Source: Methanocella sp. | GTDB taxonomy: Archaea; Thermoproteota; Bathyarchaeia; Bathyarchaeales; Bathycorpusculaceae | Reading direction: 5' to 3' | Length of the DNA: 56,389 bases | Assembly (NCBI GenBank): GCA_050261115.1 | Contig: JBLNCY010000019.1 | Coordinates: forward strand, 1-56,389 | Shown: piece by piece, positions 48,059 through 56,389 of the stretch | How the letters are laid out: every line of letters starts with the position of its first letter | Position numbering within the stretch: the first letter of the stretch is position 1 | Position numbers and translations under genes: made by a program | The notes under the pieces: model-generated | The model's database searches: none | Seen by the model: the letters and a program-made list of their open reading frames with translations, nothing else | What the model was told of the DNA's origin: nothing

Positions 48059-48538
48059 ATGGAAAATAACAAGACCTTAATCGCTTACGTCACCAAACAA
48101 GGCGCCTCAGAAGAAACCGCCCGAAAGATAGCAGAAGTACTCAGAACCAACTTCGGCCTAGAAGTTGACTTAGTTGACCTAGAAGAGCAGAAACCGCAGG
48201 ACTTAGCACAATACCGAAACATCGTGGTCGGAGGCGGTGTAAGAATAGGCAGAGTCTACAGTGAAGTCACCAAGTTCCTAAAAGATAACGATTTTACAGG
48301 TAAGCGGGTGGCATTTTTTGCCTCCTCGGCTTGGGGCGGAACCCCCGGCGAATACTATGACAGTGCAAAGAAGCGATTTGTCGAAAACACCCTAGCCAAG
48401 TTCCCAAATATCCCCGTTGTTAGCAAGGAGGCGTTTGGCGGAAAAATCATATACTTCAAGAAGCGAATGGTTGACAACGTGGATTTATCCAAAGCAGAGG
48501 CGTGGGCACTGGAGCTAGGCAAACTATTCACGCCGTAA
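48059..48538 (+). CDS. Flavodoxin-domain protein (HemG-like)
   Basis: IAYVTKQGASEETA, IVVGGGV, VAFFAS, AFGG. Confidence 0.8.
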   Translation: MENNKTLIAYVTKQGASEETARKIAEVLRTNFGLEVDLVDLEEQKPQDLAQYRNIVVGGGVRIGRVYSEVTKFLKDNDFTGKRVAFFASSAWGGTPGEYYDSAKKRFVENTLAKFPNIPVVSKEAFGGKIIYFKKRMVDNVDLSKAEAWALELGKLFTP

Positions 48539-48552
48539 CCTCGGGTGATTGT

Positions 48553-49026
48553 GTGGTTGATAAGGTCTTAATCGCTTATACATCCAAAGGTGGCGCCGCC
48601 AAGAAAATAGCTGAAACGCTAGCTGAGATACTGCAGGACAAATACAACTTTTGGGTTGACACAGTAAACCTGACAGACCAATCCATACCCTACTTTGAAG
48701 AGTACAGCGGCATCGTCATAGGAACAGGCATAAGAGAGGGCGAAATCTATCCTGAAACAGACTTCTTTTTATCTAAAGATTTTGGCAGCCGTCCAATCGC
48801 ATACTATACCTGCTCAGGCTTCATTTCCCCCAAAACCTACGAGGAAACCGTCGCAGCCTACATAACCAATACATTAGCTAAACACCCAAACGTTAAACCA
48901 GTTACCACAGAAGCGTTTTGGGGATACAATAAAGTTTTAGGGCTATTAGTAAACCGCAAGATAGACTTAGCAAAGGTTGAAGCCTGGGCGAACGAAATTG
49001 GCGAAAAATTCAGCAAAACACAATAA
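48553..49026 (+). CDS. Flavodoxin-domain protein (paralogue of the upstream gene)
   Basis: IAYTSKGGAAKKIA, IVIGTGI, EAFWG, DLAKVEAWA; start reset to the GTG at 48553 after a GGTGA RBS. Confidence 0.78.
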   Translation: MVDKVLIAYTSKGGAAKKIAETLAEILQDKYNFWVDTVNLTDQSIPYFEEYSGIVIGTGIREGEIYPETDFFLSKDFGSRPIAYYTCSGFISPKTYEETVAAYITNTLAKHPNVKPVTTEAFWGYNKVLGLLVNRKIDLAKVEAWANEIGEKFSKTQ

Positions 49027-49036
49027 AGCAGGGGCC

Positions 49037-49216
49037 TTGCTTTGCCCAGTATGCTTCGTTGAGTACATAGAGGTTACTTTTGACTGCGAATTCGACGGCG
49101 TGGTTCTACGTGATGTGAAGGCGTCTAAGTGCCCAAGGTGTCAGGAAGAGGTTTTTTCGCCTGAACAGCAAGAGCAGATTAGACGTAGACTAAGCGAACA
49201 CGAGAACCAGCCGTAG
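49037..49216 (+). CDS. YgiT-type zinc-finger small protein
   Basis: MLCPVC...VVLRDVKASKCPRCQEEVFS; start reset to the TTG at 49037. Confidence 0.7.
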   Translation: MLCPVCFVEYIEVTFDCEFDGVVLRDVKASKCPRCQEEVFSPEQQEQIRRRLSEHENQP

Positions 49217-49408
49217 ACATCCACGCAAAACCCATTATATTGCAGTCGATAGACCCCCGATAACTTTCCGGTATCATGGCAAAGCCTCGTTAAAACGAAT
49301 ATTACGAGTTTTGGAATAACCCCCTTAAATAAAATTGCCCTAAATTGTCATAAGAGAAGAAAGGAGAAGGCTTCTTCTTGACAAAACCTCTAGTGGATAC
49401 AAGGCCAA

Positions 49409-49847
49409 ATGAGGCGATACGCCAGAGAATGCCTATGCGTCGAATACGACGCTAAAACCGCAGCAAAAGTACTAGCCGCCTTAGAATAGTTGCGGTAGAT
49501 AGGTACGATGAGGGCGGAGTATCCCAAGCCAGAAGACCAAATCATAATAGCGACTAAGCGCGAAGTTGAAGCTGGAAAATTAACCCCACCACAACTCATT
49601 ATCAGCCATGAACTCGACCAAATCATCGACGACTCACAAGACGAGCCGGCTAATTTTTCGGGAAGAGCTTGAACATGAAGGAACCGCTTGGGCAAAAGCC
49701 AAACCCAAAAACGCAGCGGAAAAATGGTACAAAAACCTCTCCATCCGAACACACATCGACCCATTAAAGATGCAGTCAATGGGGTTTCCGCGGCCGAAAC
49801 CAAGCTTGCCCCAAACCGACTCCAACGTGGTATCACATTTGAGGTGA
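49409..49847 (+). pseudogene. Probable degraded gene
   Basis: Coding-like codon usage with two in-frame TAGs and a frameshift: MRRYARE..ALE*LR*IGTMRAEY..ISHELDQII / IFREELEHEGTAWAKA. Confidence 0.4.
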
Positions 49848-50023
49848 GGCGGATGAAAAAAGAGCCCCATGGTAGACCCCGTCTTAGCGAAACGGTATGC
49901 AATGGCTAATCTCATCATGGACCGGAACGTTGACAGTCGCCAACCCTAAGAGCCGTTTCCGGGCGTTTTGGACGTTTTTTGGCCTAAACAGTTAAACATG
50001 CACACATCAAATGTTACATAAAC

Positions 50024-52918
50024 ATGCCCAGACTATCAGGTAATTCTGTATTCATGCTGCTGGCTGAACCTGTACAGGAAGCCATCGAAGACTTTGGGTT
50101 TACTGAGCCAACGCTACCTCAAACCAAAGCGTTCCCAGCAATCCTTGCAGGCGAAAACGTTCTGCTTATTGCACCCACAGGTAGCGGCAAAACCGAAGCT
50201 GTTCTGCTACCCATATTCTCCAAGCTTGCGGAGCAAAAAAGCATCCCTCGGCAGGGCATACAGGTCATCTACATAACCCCTCTCCGTGCATTAAACCGTG
50301 ACATGCTCAAGCGCCTAATGTACTGGAGCCAAAAAATTGACCTAACCGTCGACGTACGCCACGGCGACACAGAAATGAAAACCCGCCGCAAACAGGCGCA
50401 GAAGCCACCCCAGATACTGGTTACTACGCCTGAGACATTGCAGGCGATTTTGCCGGGCTCCCAGATGCGCCGACACCTCAAGTCAGTCAAGTTCGTGGTG
50501 GTTGATGAGGTGCATGATTTGGCATCCAGCAAACGCGGTGCGCAGTTGTCGTTGGCATTGGAGCGTCTGCAGCTTGTTACGGGCAGAGAATTCCAGCGGA
50601 TCGGGCTGTCAGCCACAGTCGGCAATCCCAAAGAAATCGCACAATACCTCGGGGGAACACGCCGAAAAGTCACCATCATTGAGGCATCCGCTCAGAAAAG
50701 CTACCACTACAGCGCCGAAAACCCCATGCCAGAAGAGCAAGATTACGAGTTAGCGGGCAAGATTGACTCGTCTCCTGAGGCGGCGGCGCGAATCAGACGC
50801 ATCCTTGAACTCGTCGACAGCCACCAATCGACGCTAATCTTTGTGAACAGTCGAACCATAGCCGAAGTTTTAGGCCACAAACTGGCACGGCTAGGCCGAG
50901 AAGACATCGCCGTTCACCATGGTTCAATCTCTAAAGAGGAACGCATCGCCATAGAAGACGAATTCAAAGGCGGCAAGCTAAAGGCCGTCATCTGCACCAG
51001 CACCTTAGAGTTAGGCATTGATGTGGGGCAGGTTGATTTGATAGTGCAGTATATGTCGCCTAGGCAAGTTAACAGCCTGATTCAGCGGGTGGGCCGCAGT
51101 GGACACCGACTCGGCAGGCAATCGGAGGGCACCATCGTGACAGCTTACCCCGATGACACCCTAGAAGCTTTGGCGTCGATTAAGAATGCAAAGCAGGGAC
51201 GCCTGGAGCCTGTGGCTATGCATGCAGGCGCGTTAGACGTGTTGGCGCATCAGGTGGCGGGACTACTAATGGACTATCAACAAGCAATCACAGTAGAAGA
51301 ACTCATCCGCGTCGTCCACCGCAGCTACCTCTACCAAAAACTCCCGAAAACCGAGCTGCTCGACCTACTACGCTTTTTAGACAGCCTCCACCAAATAAGA
51401 CTAAACGAAGACGAAACCCAATTGGCCAAAACTAGAAAAACCCGCATCTACTACTACGAAAACCTATCCATGATACCCGACGAACGCCGCTACCCCGTCA
51501 TCAACGTCATCTCCGACCGCAAAATCGGCATCTTAGGCGACGAATTCATGGCACTCCACGCAAGAGTAGGCCTGAATTTTATAATACGGGGCAAGGTATG
51601 GCGGATTGTGCAAATCGAGGACGAGGCGGGAACGGTGCATGTGGTGCCTTCCGAGGACCCGATGGCTTCGGTGCCTGGTTGGGATGGGGAGATTCTGCCT
51701 GTGCCCTTTGAGTTGGCGCAGCAGACGGGGCAGTTCCGAAAAAGAATCTCCGAAGTGCTTAAAGAAACAGACGATGCCGGAGTTGCTGCGGAAGTTTTAG
51801 CGGAAGAATTGGATTCAGATAAAGTCAGTATGATGCAGGCGATTAGTGAAGTCTATGAGCAACTCCAAGTTGGCGCACCTCTGCCAACCGAAGACCACAT
51901 CGTGCTGGAAGCCTACGACCGATACATCATTGTGCTTGCTTGCTTTGGCGATTTGGTTAACACGGCGCTGGGCGGCGTATTTGACAGCGTTCTCTCCGAG
52001 CGGGAAGTCATAAGCGGCTGGTGGACCGACGGCTACCGTATCCTAATCGAGGCGCCCCGCAAACTAAACAAACTGGAGCTTGCAGAGTTGCCAAAGGCAC
52101 TTTTTGGACTAACCGAGGAGCAGGTAGATGCATCCTTCAAAAAATATCTCGACGCCAAGTTTCCCTTCGGCTATAAAATGAAGTCTGTCGCGGAACGCTT
52201 CGGCGTGCTCCCAAGGGGCAAAACGATGAGTTACCAACGCCAAGCCGAACTAAAAGCCCACTTCGACAGCACCCCCGTCTACCGCGAAACCATCCGCGAA
52301 GCCCTGATGGAAAAAGTCGACCTAGACCGCGCCAAACAAATCATGGCTGACGTGAAAGCAGGCAAAATCAAAGCCACCACCTACGTAAGCCACGAGAGGC
52401 CTTCACCGCTGGCCTACCATATTCTTTCGAAGTATGGCGATGTAACGGAGTTGATGGCGCCAGAAAAGGTGCTCGTAAACAATATCGACAAACTCAAAAT
52501 GGCAATCGACGCTCGCGAAACAACATTGCTGTGCATGAAATGCGGCGAATGGAGCACGCACCAAAAAATCAAGGAGTTGCCAGATGAGCCGCGCTGCGGC
52601 AACTGCGGATCGGGATTGCTGGCGCCGCTCTATCACTCGCAGGACCAAAAGAAGCTTCAGGATATATTGAAGCGCCGAAGGGAAGGCAAAGAGTTAACGC
52701 CTGAAGAACTCAAAGAAGTCAGCCAAGCCAGACGCAAAGCCGACCTCACTTTGAGCTATGGCAAGGATGCGGTCCGTGCCCTGCAAGTTAAAGGCGTCGG
52801 TCCTGAAACGGCGTCGCGGATACTGGGCAAGATGCACCCCGAAGAAGACAAGTTCTATATGGATTTGCTAAAGGCGAAGATTCAGTTTTTGCGGACCAGA
52901 GAGTACTGGGACAAGTAA
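50024..52918 (+). CDS. lhr: Lhr-like SF2 ATP-dependent helicase
   Basis: APTGSGKT, TPLRALNRD, DEVH, LSAT, TSTLELGID, QRVGRSGH; C-terminal CMKC..CGNC and GVGPETA (HhH-like). Confidence 0.9.
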   Translation: MPRLSGNSVFMLLAEPVQEAIEDFGFTEPTLPQTKAFPAILAGENVLLIAPTGSGKTEAVLLPIFSKLAEQKSIPRQGIQVIYITPLRALNRDMLKRLMYWSQKIDLTVDVRHGDTEMKTRRKQAQKPPQILVTTPETLQAILPGSQMRRHLKSVKFVVVDEVHDLASSKRGAQLSLALERLQLVTGREFQRIGLSATVGNPKEIAQYLGGTRRKVTIIEASAQKSYHYSAENPMPEEQDYELAGKIDSSPEAAARIRRILELVDSHQSTLIFVNSRTIAEVLGHKLARLGREDIAVHHGSISKEERIAIEDEFKGGKLKAVICTSTLELGIDVGQVDLIVQYMSPRQVNSLIQRVGRSGHRLGRQSEGTIVTAYPDDTLEALASIKNAKQGRLEPVAMHAGALDVLAHQVAGLLMDYQQAITVEELIRVVHRSYLYQKLPKTELLDLLRFLDSLHQIRLNEDETQLAKTRKTRIYYYENLSMIPDERRYPVINVISDRKIGILGDEFMALHARVGLNFIIRGKVWRIVQIEDEAGTVHVVPSEDPMASVPGWDGEILPVPFELAQQTGQFRKRISEVLKETDDAGVAAEVLAEELDSDKVSMMQAISEVYEQLQVGAPLPTEDHIVLEAYDRYIIVLACFGDLVNTALGGVFDSVLSEREVISGWWTDGYRILIEAPRKLNKLELAELPKALFGLTEEQVDASFKKYLDAKFPFGYKMKSVAERFGVLPRGKTMSYQRQAELKAHFDSTPVYRETIREALMEKVDLDRAKQIMADVKAGKIKATTYVSHERPSPLAYHILSKYGDVTELMAPEKVLVNNIDKLKMAIDARETTLLCMKCGEWSTHQKIKELPDEPRCGNCGSGLLAPLYHSQDQKKLQDILKRRREGKELTPEELKEVSQARRKADLTLSYGKDAVRALQVKGVGPETASRILGKMHPEEDKFYMDLLKAKIQFLRTREYWDK

Positions 52919-52996
52919 TAGCCAGATTTGTAAAGTTCCTTTTATTTGGAAGCTTTATAGACCCGTTTGGTTCCTTTTCGGTTAGCTGTGATTTAA

Positions 52997-54322
52997 GTGG
53001 CAGAGCAAAAGCCCCCCGCGCTTAAGCGTTCTATCGGTCTCTGGAGCGCCGTAGCCATTAACGTCGGCGCCATCGTAGGCGGCGGAATCTTCGTCGTAAC
53101 AGGCATCGCCGCCGGCTATGCAGGCTCAGCCCTAATCATCTCCATGATCGCCGCAGGCTTCATAGCCTTCTTAACCGGCTTAAGCTTTGCCAAACTGACC
53201 GCTTGGCAACCCGTCGAGGGCGGTGCATACGAGTACGGACGGCAACTGGTATCGCCTTATGCGGGGTTCTTGGCGGGGTGGATGTGGCTTGTCGCCAACA
53301 CCTTCACAGGCGCAGCTGTGTCACTGGGGTTTGCCGCCTACCTGTCCTCTGCAGTACCCGGTGTGCCCACTAACCTTGTCGCCGCCACCCTGTGCCTAGT
53401 GTTTACGGGTCTCAACTTGATAGGCGCAAAGCAGTCTGCCTCAGTCAATAACGTTTTGGTAGTCGCAAAACTGTTAATCTTGCTGTTTTTTGTTGCCTTC
53501 GGCGCCTTCAGCATCAACCCAGACAATTTTGTGCCCTTTACGCCAGTTTCAAGCGGGGTTTTGTACGCGACCTTTTTTATTTTCTTCGCTTACGGCGGCT
53601 TCGCACGAGTCTCTGTGGTGGCTGAGGAAATTAAAGATGCCAAACGTAACGTACCCCGTGCCCTGTTACTGTCGCTTGCTATTTCTATGTTTGTCTATGT
53701 ATCGGTTGGGCTGGTGGCGGTGGGGCTTCTTGGCGCTGAGGGATTGGCAGCGTCAGATTCGCCTCTGAGCTCCGCAATCATGGCGTCAGGTAGCGCATTA
53801 GCGGTGCAACTGGTTGCATTAGGTGGCTTAGTCGCCACCGCAAGCGTGCTCTTAACCGCGATTTTAGGGGTTTCTCGCATGGCTTTTTCCATGGCGCGCC
53901 GAAAAGACCTACCCCAAGCCTTATCCCAGCTGCACAGTAAATTCCATACCCCAATGTATGCGATTGTTGGCACGGGGGTCTTGATGGCTGCTTTAGTTTT
54001 GTTTGTGGATCTAACGGAGGTTGTTGCGATTAGTACATTTGCTTTGGTCTTTACGTATTGCGTAACAAACGTTGCAGCTTACAGACTAAACCGAGATACC
54101 CTAAAATGGCGATATATCCCACTCTTTGCGTTGGCGACATGCATTATGCTTCTGGGTTTTCTCTTGTTTGCCTCACCTCAAGCATGGGTTACAGGCGTCG
54201 CCTTCCTAATCGCAGGCACAATATACTATGCAATTCGCCATCATTGGCGGAAAAGAGTTTTAGCACCGAACAACAATACACACTCCATAAAGCCAGATGT
54301 AGGTTTGACCGATGCCCACTAA
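52997..54322 (+). CDS. APC-family amino acid permease
   Basis: GAIVGGGIF, EGGAYEY, FFAYGGF..VAEEIKD, SRMAFSMAR, about 12 TM. Confidence 0.92.
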   Translation: MAEQKPPALKRSIGLWSAVAINVGAIVGGGIFVVTGIAAGYAGSALIISMIAAGFIAFLTGLSFAKLTAWQPVEGGAYEYGRQLVSPYAGFLAGWMWLVANTFTGAAVSLGFAAYLSSAVPGVPTNLVAATLCLVFTGLNLIGAKQSASVNNVLVVAKLLILLFFVAFGAFSINPDNFVPFTPVSSGVLYATFFIFFAYGGFARVSVVAEEIKDAKRNVPRALLLSLAISMFVYVSVGLVAVGLLGAEGLAASDSPLSSAIMASGSALAVQLVALGGLVATASVLLTAILGVSRMAFSMARRKDLPQALSQLHSKFHTPMYAIVGTGVLMAALVLFVDLTEVVAISTFALVFTYCVTNVAAYRLNRDTLKWRYIPLFALATCIMLLGFLLFASPQAWVTGVAFLIAGTIYYAIRHHWRKRVLAPNNNTHSIKPDVGLTDAH

Positions 54323-55031
54323 AGCCGTCTTGTTTGACATGTTCGATACGCTCATGCTTATCGAAAAAGACCACGAGTTCTATGCACCCTCAATTAGGCG
54401 CATGTACAACTATCTAACCAGGCAAGGAATAGAGGTGCCCTTTGAGCGCTTTGAGCAAACCTACATACTTGAACGTGACAAAATATTCGCTAAAGCGCAA
54501 GCAAACTTTGAAGAACCCCACTTCAACGTACGCGTCGCCGCAACACTCCAAGCATTGGGGCACGACTATGAAGCCACCAACCCAATTGTTGCTAAAGCCA
54601 CCGAAGAGTTCTGTGAAGAATTCATGAAATATATATGCATAGATCCAGATGCAATTGCCACCCTAAAAGAGCTACATCGAAAATACCGCTTAGGAGTGGT
54701 CTCCAATTTTGCCATTCCAGAATGCGTGCTAAAACTTCTAAGCAACAGCGGCATCGACAGCCTCTTTGAGCTAGTAATCGTTTCTGGCGCAATCAACAGG
54801 CGAAAACCCAGCGAAGAAATCTTTAGACAGGCCTTAGAAATGATGAAGTTATCCGCGGAGGAGGCGGTTTTTGTTGGCGACACGATCGACGCAGACATTG
54901 AGGGCGCTAAGGCGGTTGGCATGAAAGCAGTCTACATTGAGCGGCGGCCACAGAAGCCCTCCGAGAGGTTCAAACCGGACTATACAATTAAGCGGCTCAG
55001 CGAGTTACCCGCGATTTTAGCGTATTGTTGA
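54312..55031 (+). CDS. HAD-superfamily hydrolase
   Basis: FDMFDTL, VSN, RKP, FVGDTIDADIEGA..VGM. Confidence 0.9.
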   Translation: MPTKAVLFDMFDTLMLIEKDHEFYAPSIRRMYNYLTRQGIEVPFERFEQTYILERDKIFAKAQANFEEPHFNVRVAATLQALGHDYEATNPIVAKATEEFCEEFMKYICIDPDAIATLKELHRKYRLGVVSNFAIPECVLKLLSNSGIDSLFELVIVSGAINRRKPSEEIFRQALEMMKLSAEEAVFVGDTIDADIEGAKAVGMKAVYIERRPQKPSERFKPDYTIKRLSELPAILAYC

Positions 55032-55320
55032 AGAGTTCTTGTACAATCGGAGATATTTTTATTTCCTGATTGGGGGTTATCATGCTGATGAGTTCTCGGT
55101 ACATTTGCATAAAAATTATGCCTTTGACGGTTGCTACATAGCCTTCTCGGCCGTTTAGGTTAGTTTGACGGATTAATCCGTTATCTTTCATGAAACTGAG
55201 ATAATCGTTTATTTGGGTAAAACTGAAGTTAGCGATGCATTATTCTTGTTTTAAAGGCGCCGCTTCGGATACAGTCTAGTATGTTTACTATAGTGCTTAG
55301 TTGGTCAAGCCTTTTTTGAT
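54997..55320 (-). pseudogene. Frameshifted winged-helix regulator (HTH_45-like)
   Basis: KRLDQLSTIVNILDCIRSGAFKTRIMH continues in another frame as ANFSFTQINDYLSFMKDNGLI...Y.AT.KG; frameshift near 55234; no clean start codon. Confidence 0.65.
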
Positions 55321-55493
55321 TTATATCAAGCAACCTCTTGCACCAACCTTACCATTTCTGATTTCACCTTTAATTTTTATAGTATATTCATATACCCCAG
55401 ACCTTTGTATAGTTTATTCGCGTAATCCTCGAAATTCATCTAAAATAAGAGCCTTTATCTGCCCCGACACAAGTATAACCAAATCGATGAGGC

Positions 55494-55991
55494 ATGTTAA
55501 TAGGCGCCCTATCTGACACACACGACAACATAGCATTCATAGAAAAAGCAGTACAAACACTCAACAGCAAAAACGCCAACCTAGTTCTCCACGCAGGCGA
55601 CTACTGCTCCCCGTTCACCATAGCCCACTTCAAGAAACTCAATTGCAACTTCATCGGTGTCTTTGGCAACAACGACGGCGACCACCAGCTTCTCACGAAA
55701 AGATTTCAAGAAACAAACAACTGCATCATACGCGGCCGCTTCGCACACATCAACGCCGACGGTTACCGAATCGCCCTCCTACACGGAGACGACACCGAAC
55801 TACTGAACGCCTTAATCGAAACAGGCTACTTCGATTCAGTCATCCATGGACACAGCCACAACAAAAGCATCCAACACAAAGGCAAAACCATAGTAATCAA
55901 CCCCGGCGAACTCTGCGGCTACCTAACCGGAAAACCTACGTTTGCCCTACTTGACACCGATAAAAACACCGCAGAAATCATCGAGCTCTAA
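55494..55991 (+). CDS. Metallophosphoesterase (YfcE/MJ0936 family)
   Basis: SDTHD, HAGD, GNND, LHG, HGHSH, INPGE. Confidence 0.92.
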   Translation: MLIGALSDTHDNIAFIEKAVQTLNSKNANLVLHAGDYCSPFTIAHFKKLNCNFIGVFGNNDGDHQLLTKRFQETNNCIIRGRFAHINADGYRIALLHGDDTELLNALIETGYFDSVIHGHSHNKSIQHKGKTIVINPGELCGYLTGKPTFALLDTDKNTAEIIEL

Positions 55992-56082
55992 ACAACTTTT
56001 GCTCCTGATTTCAGTCAATCACATAAGTTTATGTGCCAACCATGGCTGCATATCCTCAGGGCGTCATGGAGGTGAAAGATTT

Positions 56083-56202
56083 TTGAGTGAAACCCGTGAA
56101 CGTAGAAAAGGTAAGAACATGACGGTAGAGGAGGCAGGCAAACTCGGTGGGCAGAGAGTGCGCAGGCTAGTAGAGGAAGGCAAAGAACACGAAGAAGAAT
56201 AA
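56083..56202 (+). CDS. 39-aa KGG/general-stress-type microprotein
   Basis: MSETRERRKGKNMTVEEAGKLGGQRVRRLVEEGKEHEEE; strong GGAGGTGA RBS before the TTG. Confidence 0.7.
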   Translation: MSETRERRKGKNMTVEEAGKLGGQRVRRLVEEGKEHEEE

Positions 56203-56238
56203 AGATCTAACAGCTAGGAAATGCTCGTCTCTATTTCT

Positions 56239-56388
56239 TTACCAAAAATTCCCCTGAGTTCTATATATAAGGGAGGGGGTAGGTACATGGGCAAGCGCCT
56301 GCACGTCTTTTGCTAGGGTGGGCGCAACCAAAACCGCGCGGACGTCCCGGTTCACTTTAGCTTTGATGGGTTCGATGTATTTGGCGAG
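56239..56388 (-). CDS. 3' end of a probable NucS/EndoMS endonuclease (partial, runs off the window)
   Basis: LAKYIEPIKAKVNRDVRAVLVAPTLAKDVQ resembles the NucS C-terminal (Q)LxxY...VRGILVAP segment; only 49 aa visible. Confidence 0.5.
   Translation of the reverse strand, partial: LAKYIEPIKAKVNRDVRAVLVAPTLAKDVQALAHVPTPSLIYRTQGNFW
56254..56280 (+). repeat. Dispersed intergenic repeat, copy 3
   Basis: ctgagttctatatataagggagggggt. Confidence 0.65.
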
Positions 56389-56389
56389 T

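Overview
Archaeal chromosomal window. The gene set (archaeal-type ValRS, AsnRS-like asparagine synthetase, Nre repair protein with a PCNA-binding PIP box, geranylgeranyl reductase, Lhr helicase, many small Zn-ribbon proteins) is most consistent with Bathyarchaeia; this is inference, not a database result. Bases 1-17650 form a visibly more AT-rich, almost entirely minus-strand surface-glycan island. It holds several GT4/GT2 glycosyltransferases, an NDP-sugar epimerase, three GNAT/FemAB-like (CelD/BcsL-type) proteins, two GT-C-like polytopic membrane proteins, a B12-binding radical SAM enzyme, and one oppositely oriented secreted protein with tandem DUF4082-like domains. The rest is mostly housekeeping or metabolic: SPFH, Nudix, metal ABC pair, tandem ferritin-like fusion, nadX, valS, 2-oxoacid:ferredoxin oxidoreductase alpha/beta split by a decayed insertion, nrdR-nrdD-nrdG, nre, pckG, asnA, Lrp, HxlR, GGR, flavodoxins, lhr, APC permease, HAD and a phosphoesterase. 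Signals not in the ORF track include a dispersed intergenic repeat (CTATATA..AGGGAGGGGGT, 3 copies, hairpin-forming), a structured 40.4-40.6 kb intergenic region, a 45-aa 8-Cys microprotein upstream of the oxidoreductase, a 13-bp Lrp-type operator and several pseudogenes. One listed ORF appears to be a minimal kinase-like protein beside nre. No tRNA, rRNA, CRISPR array or intact transposase was recognised.
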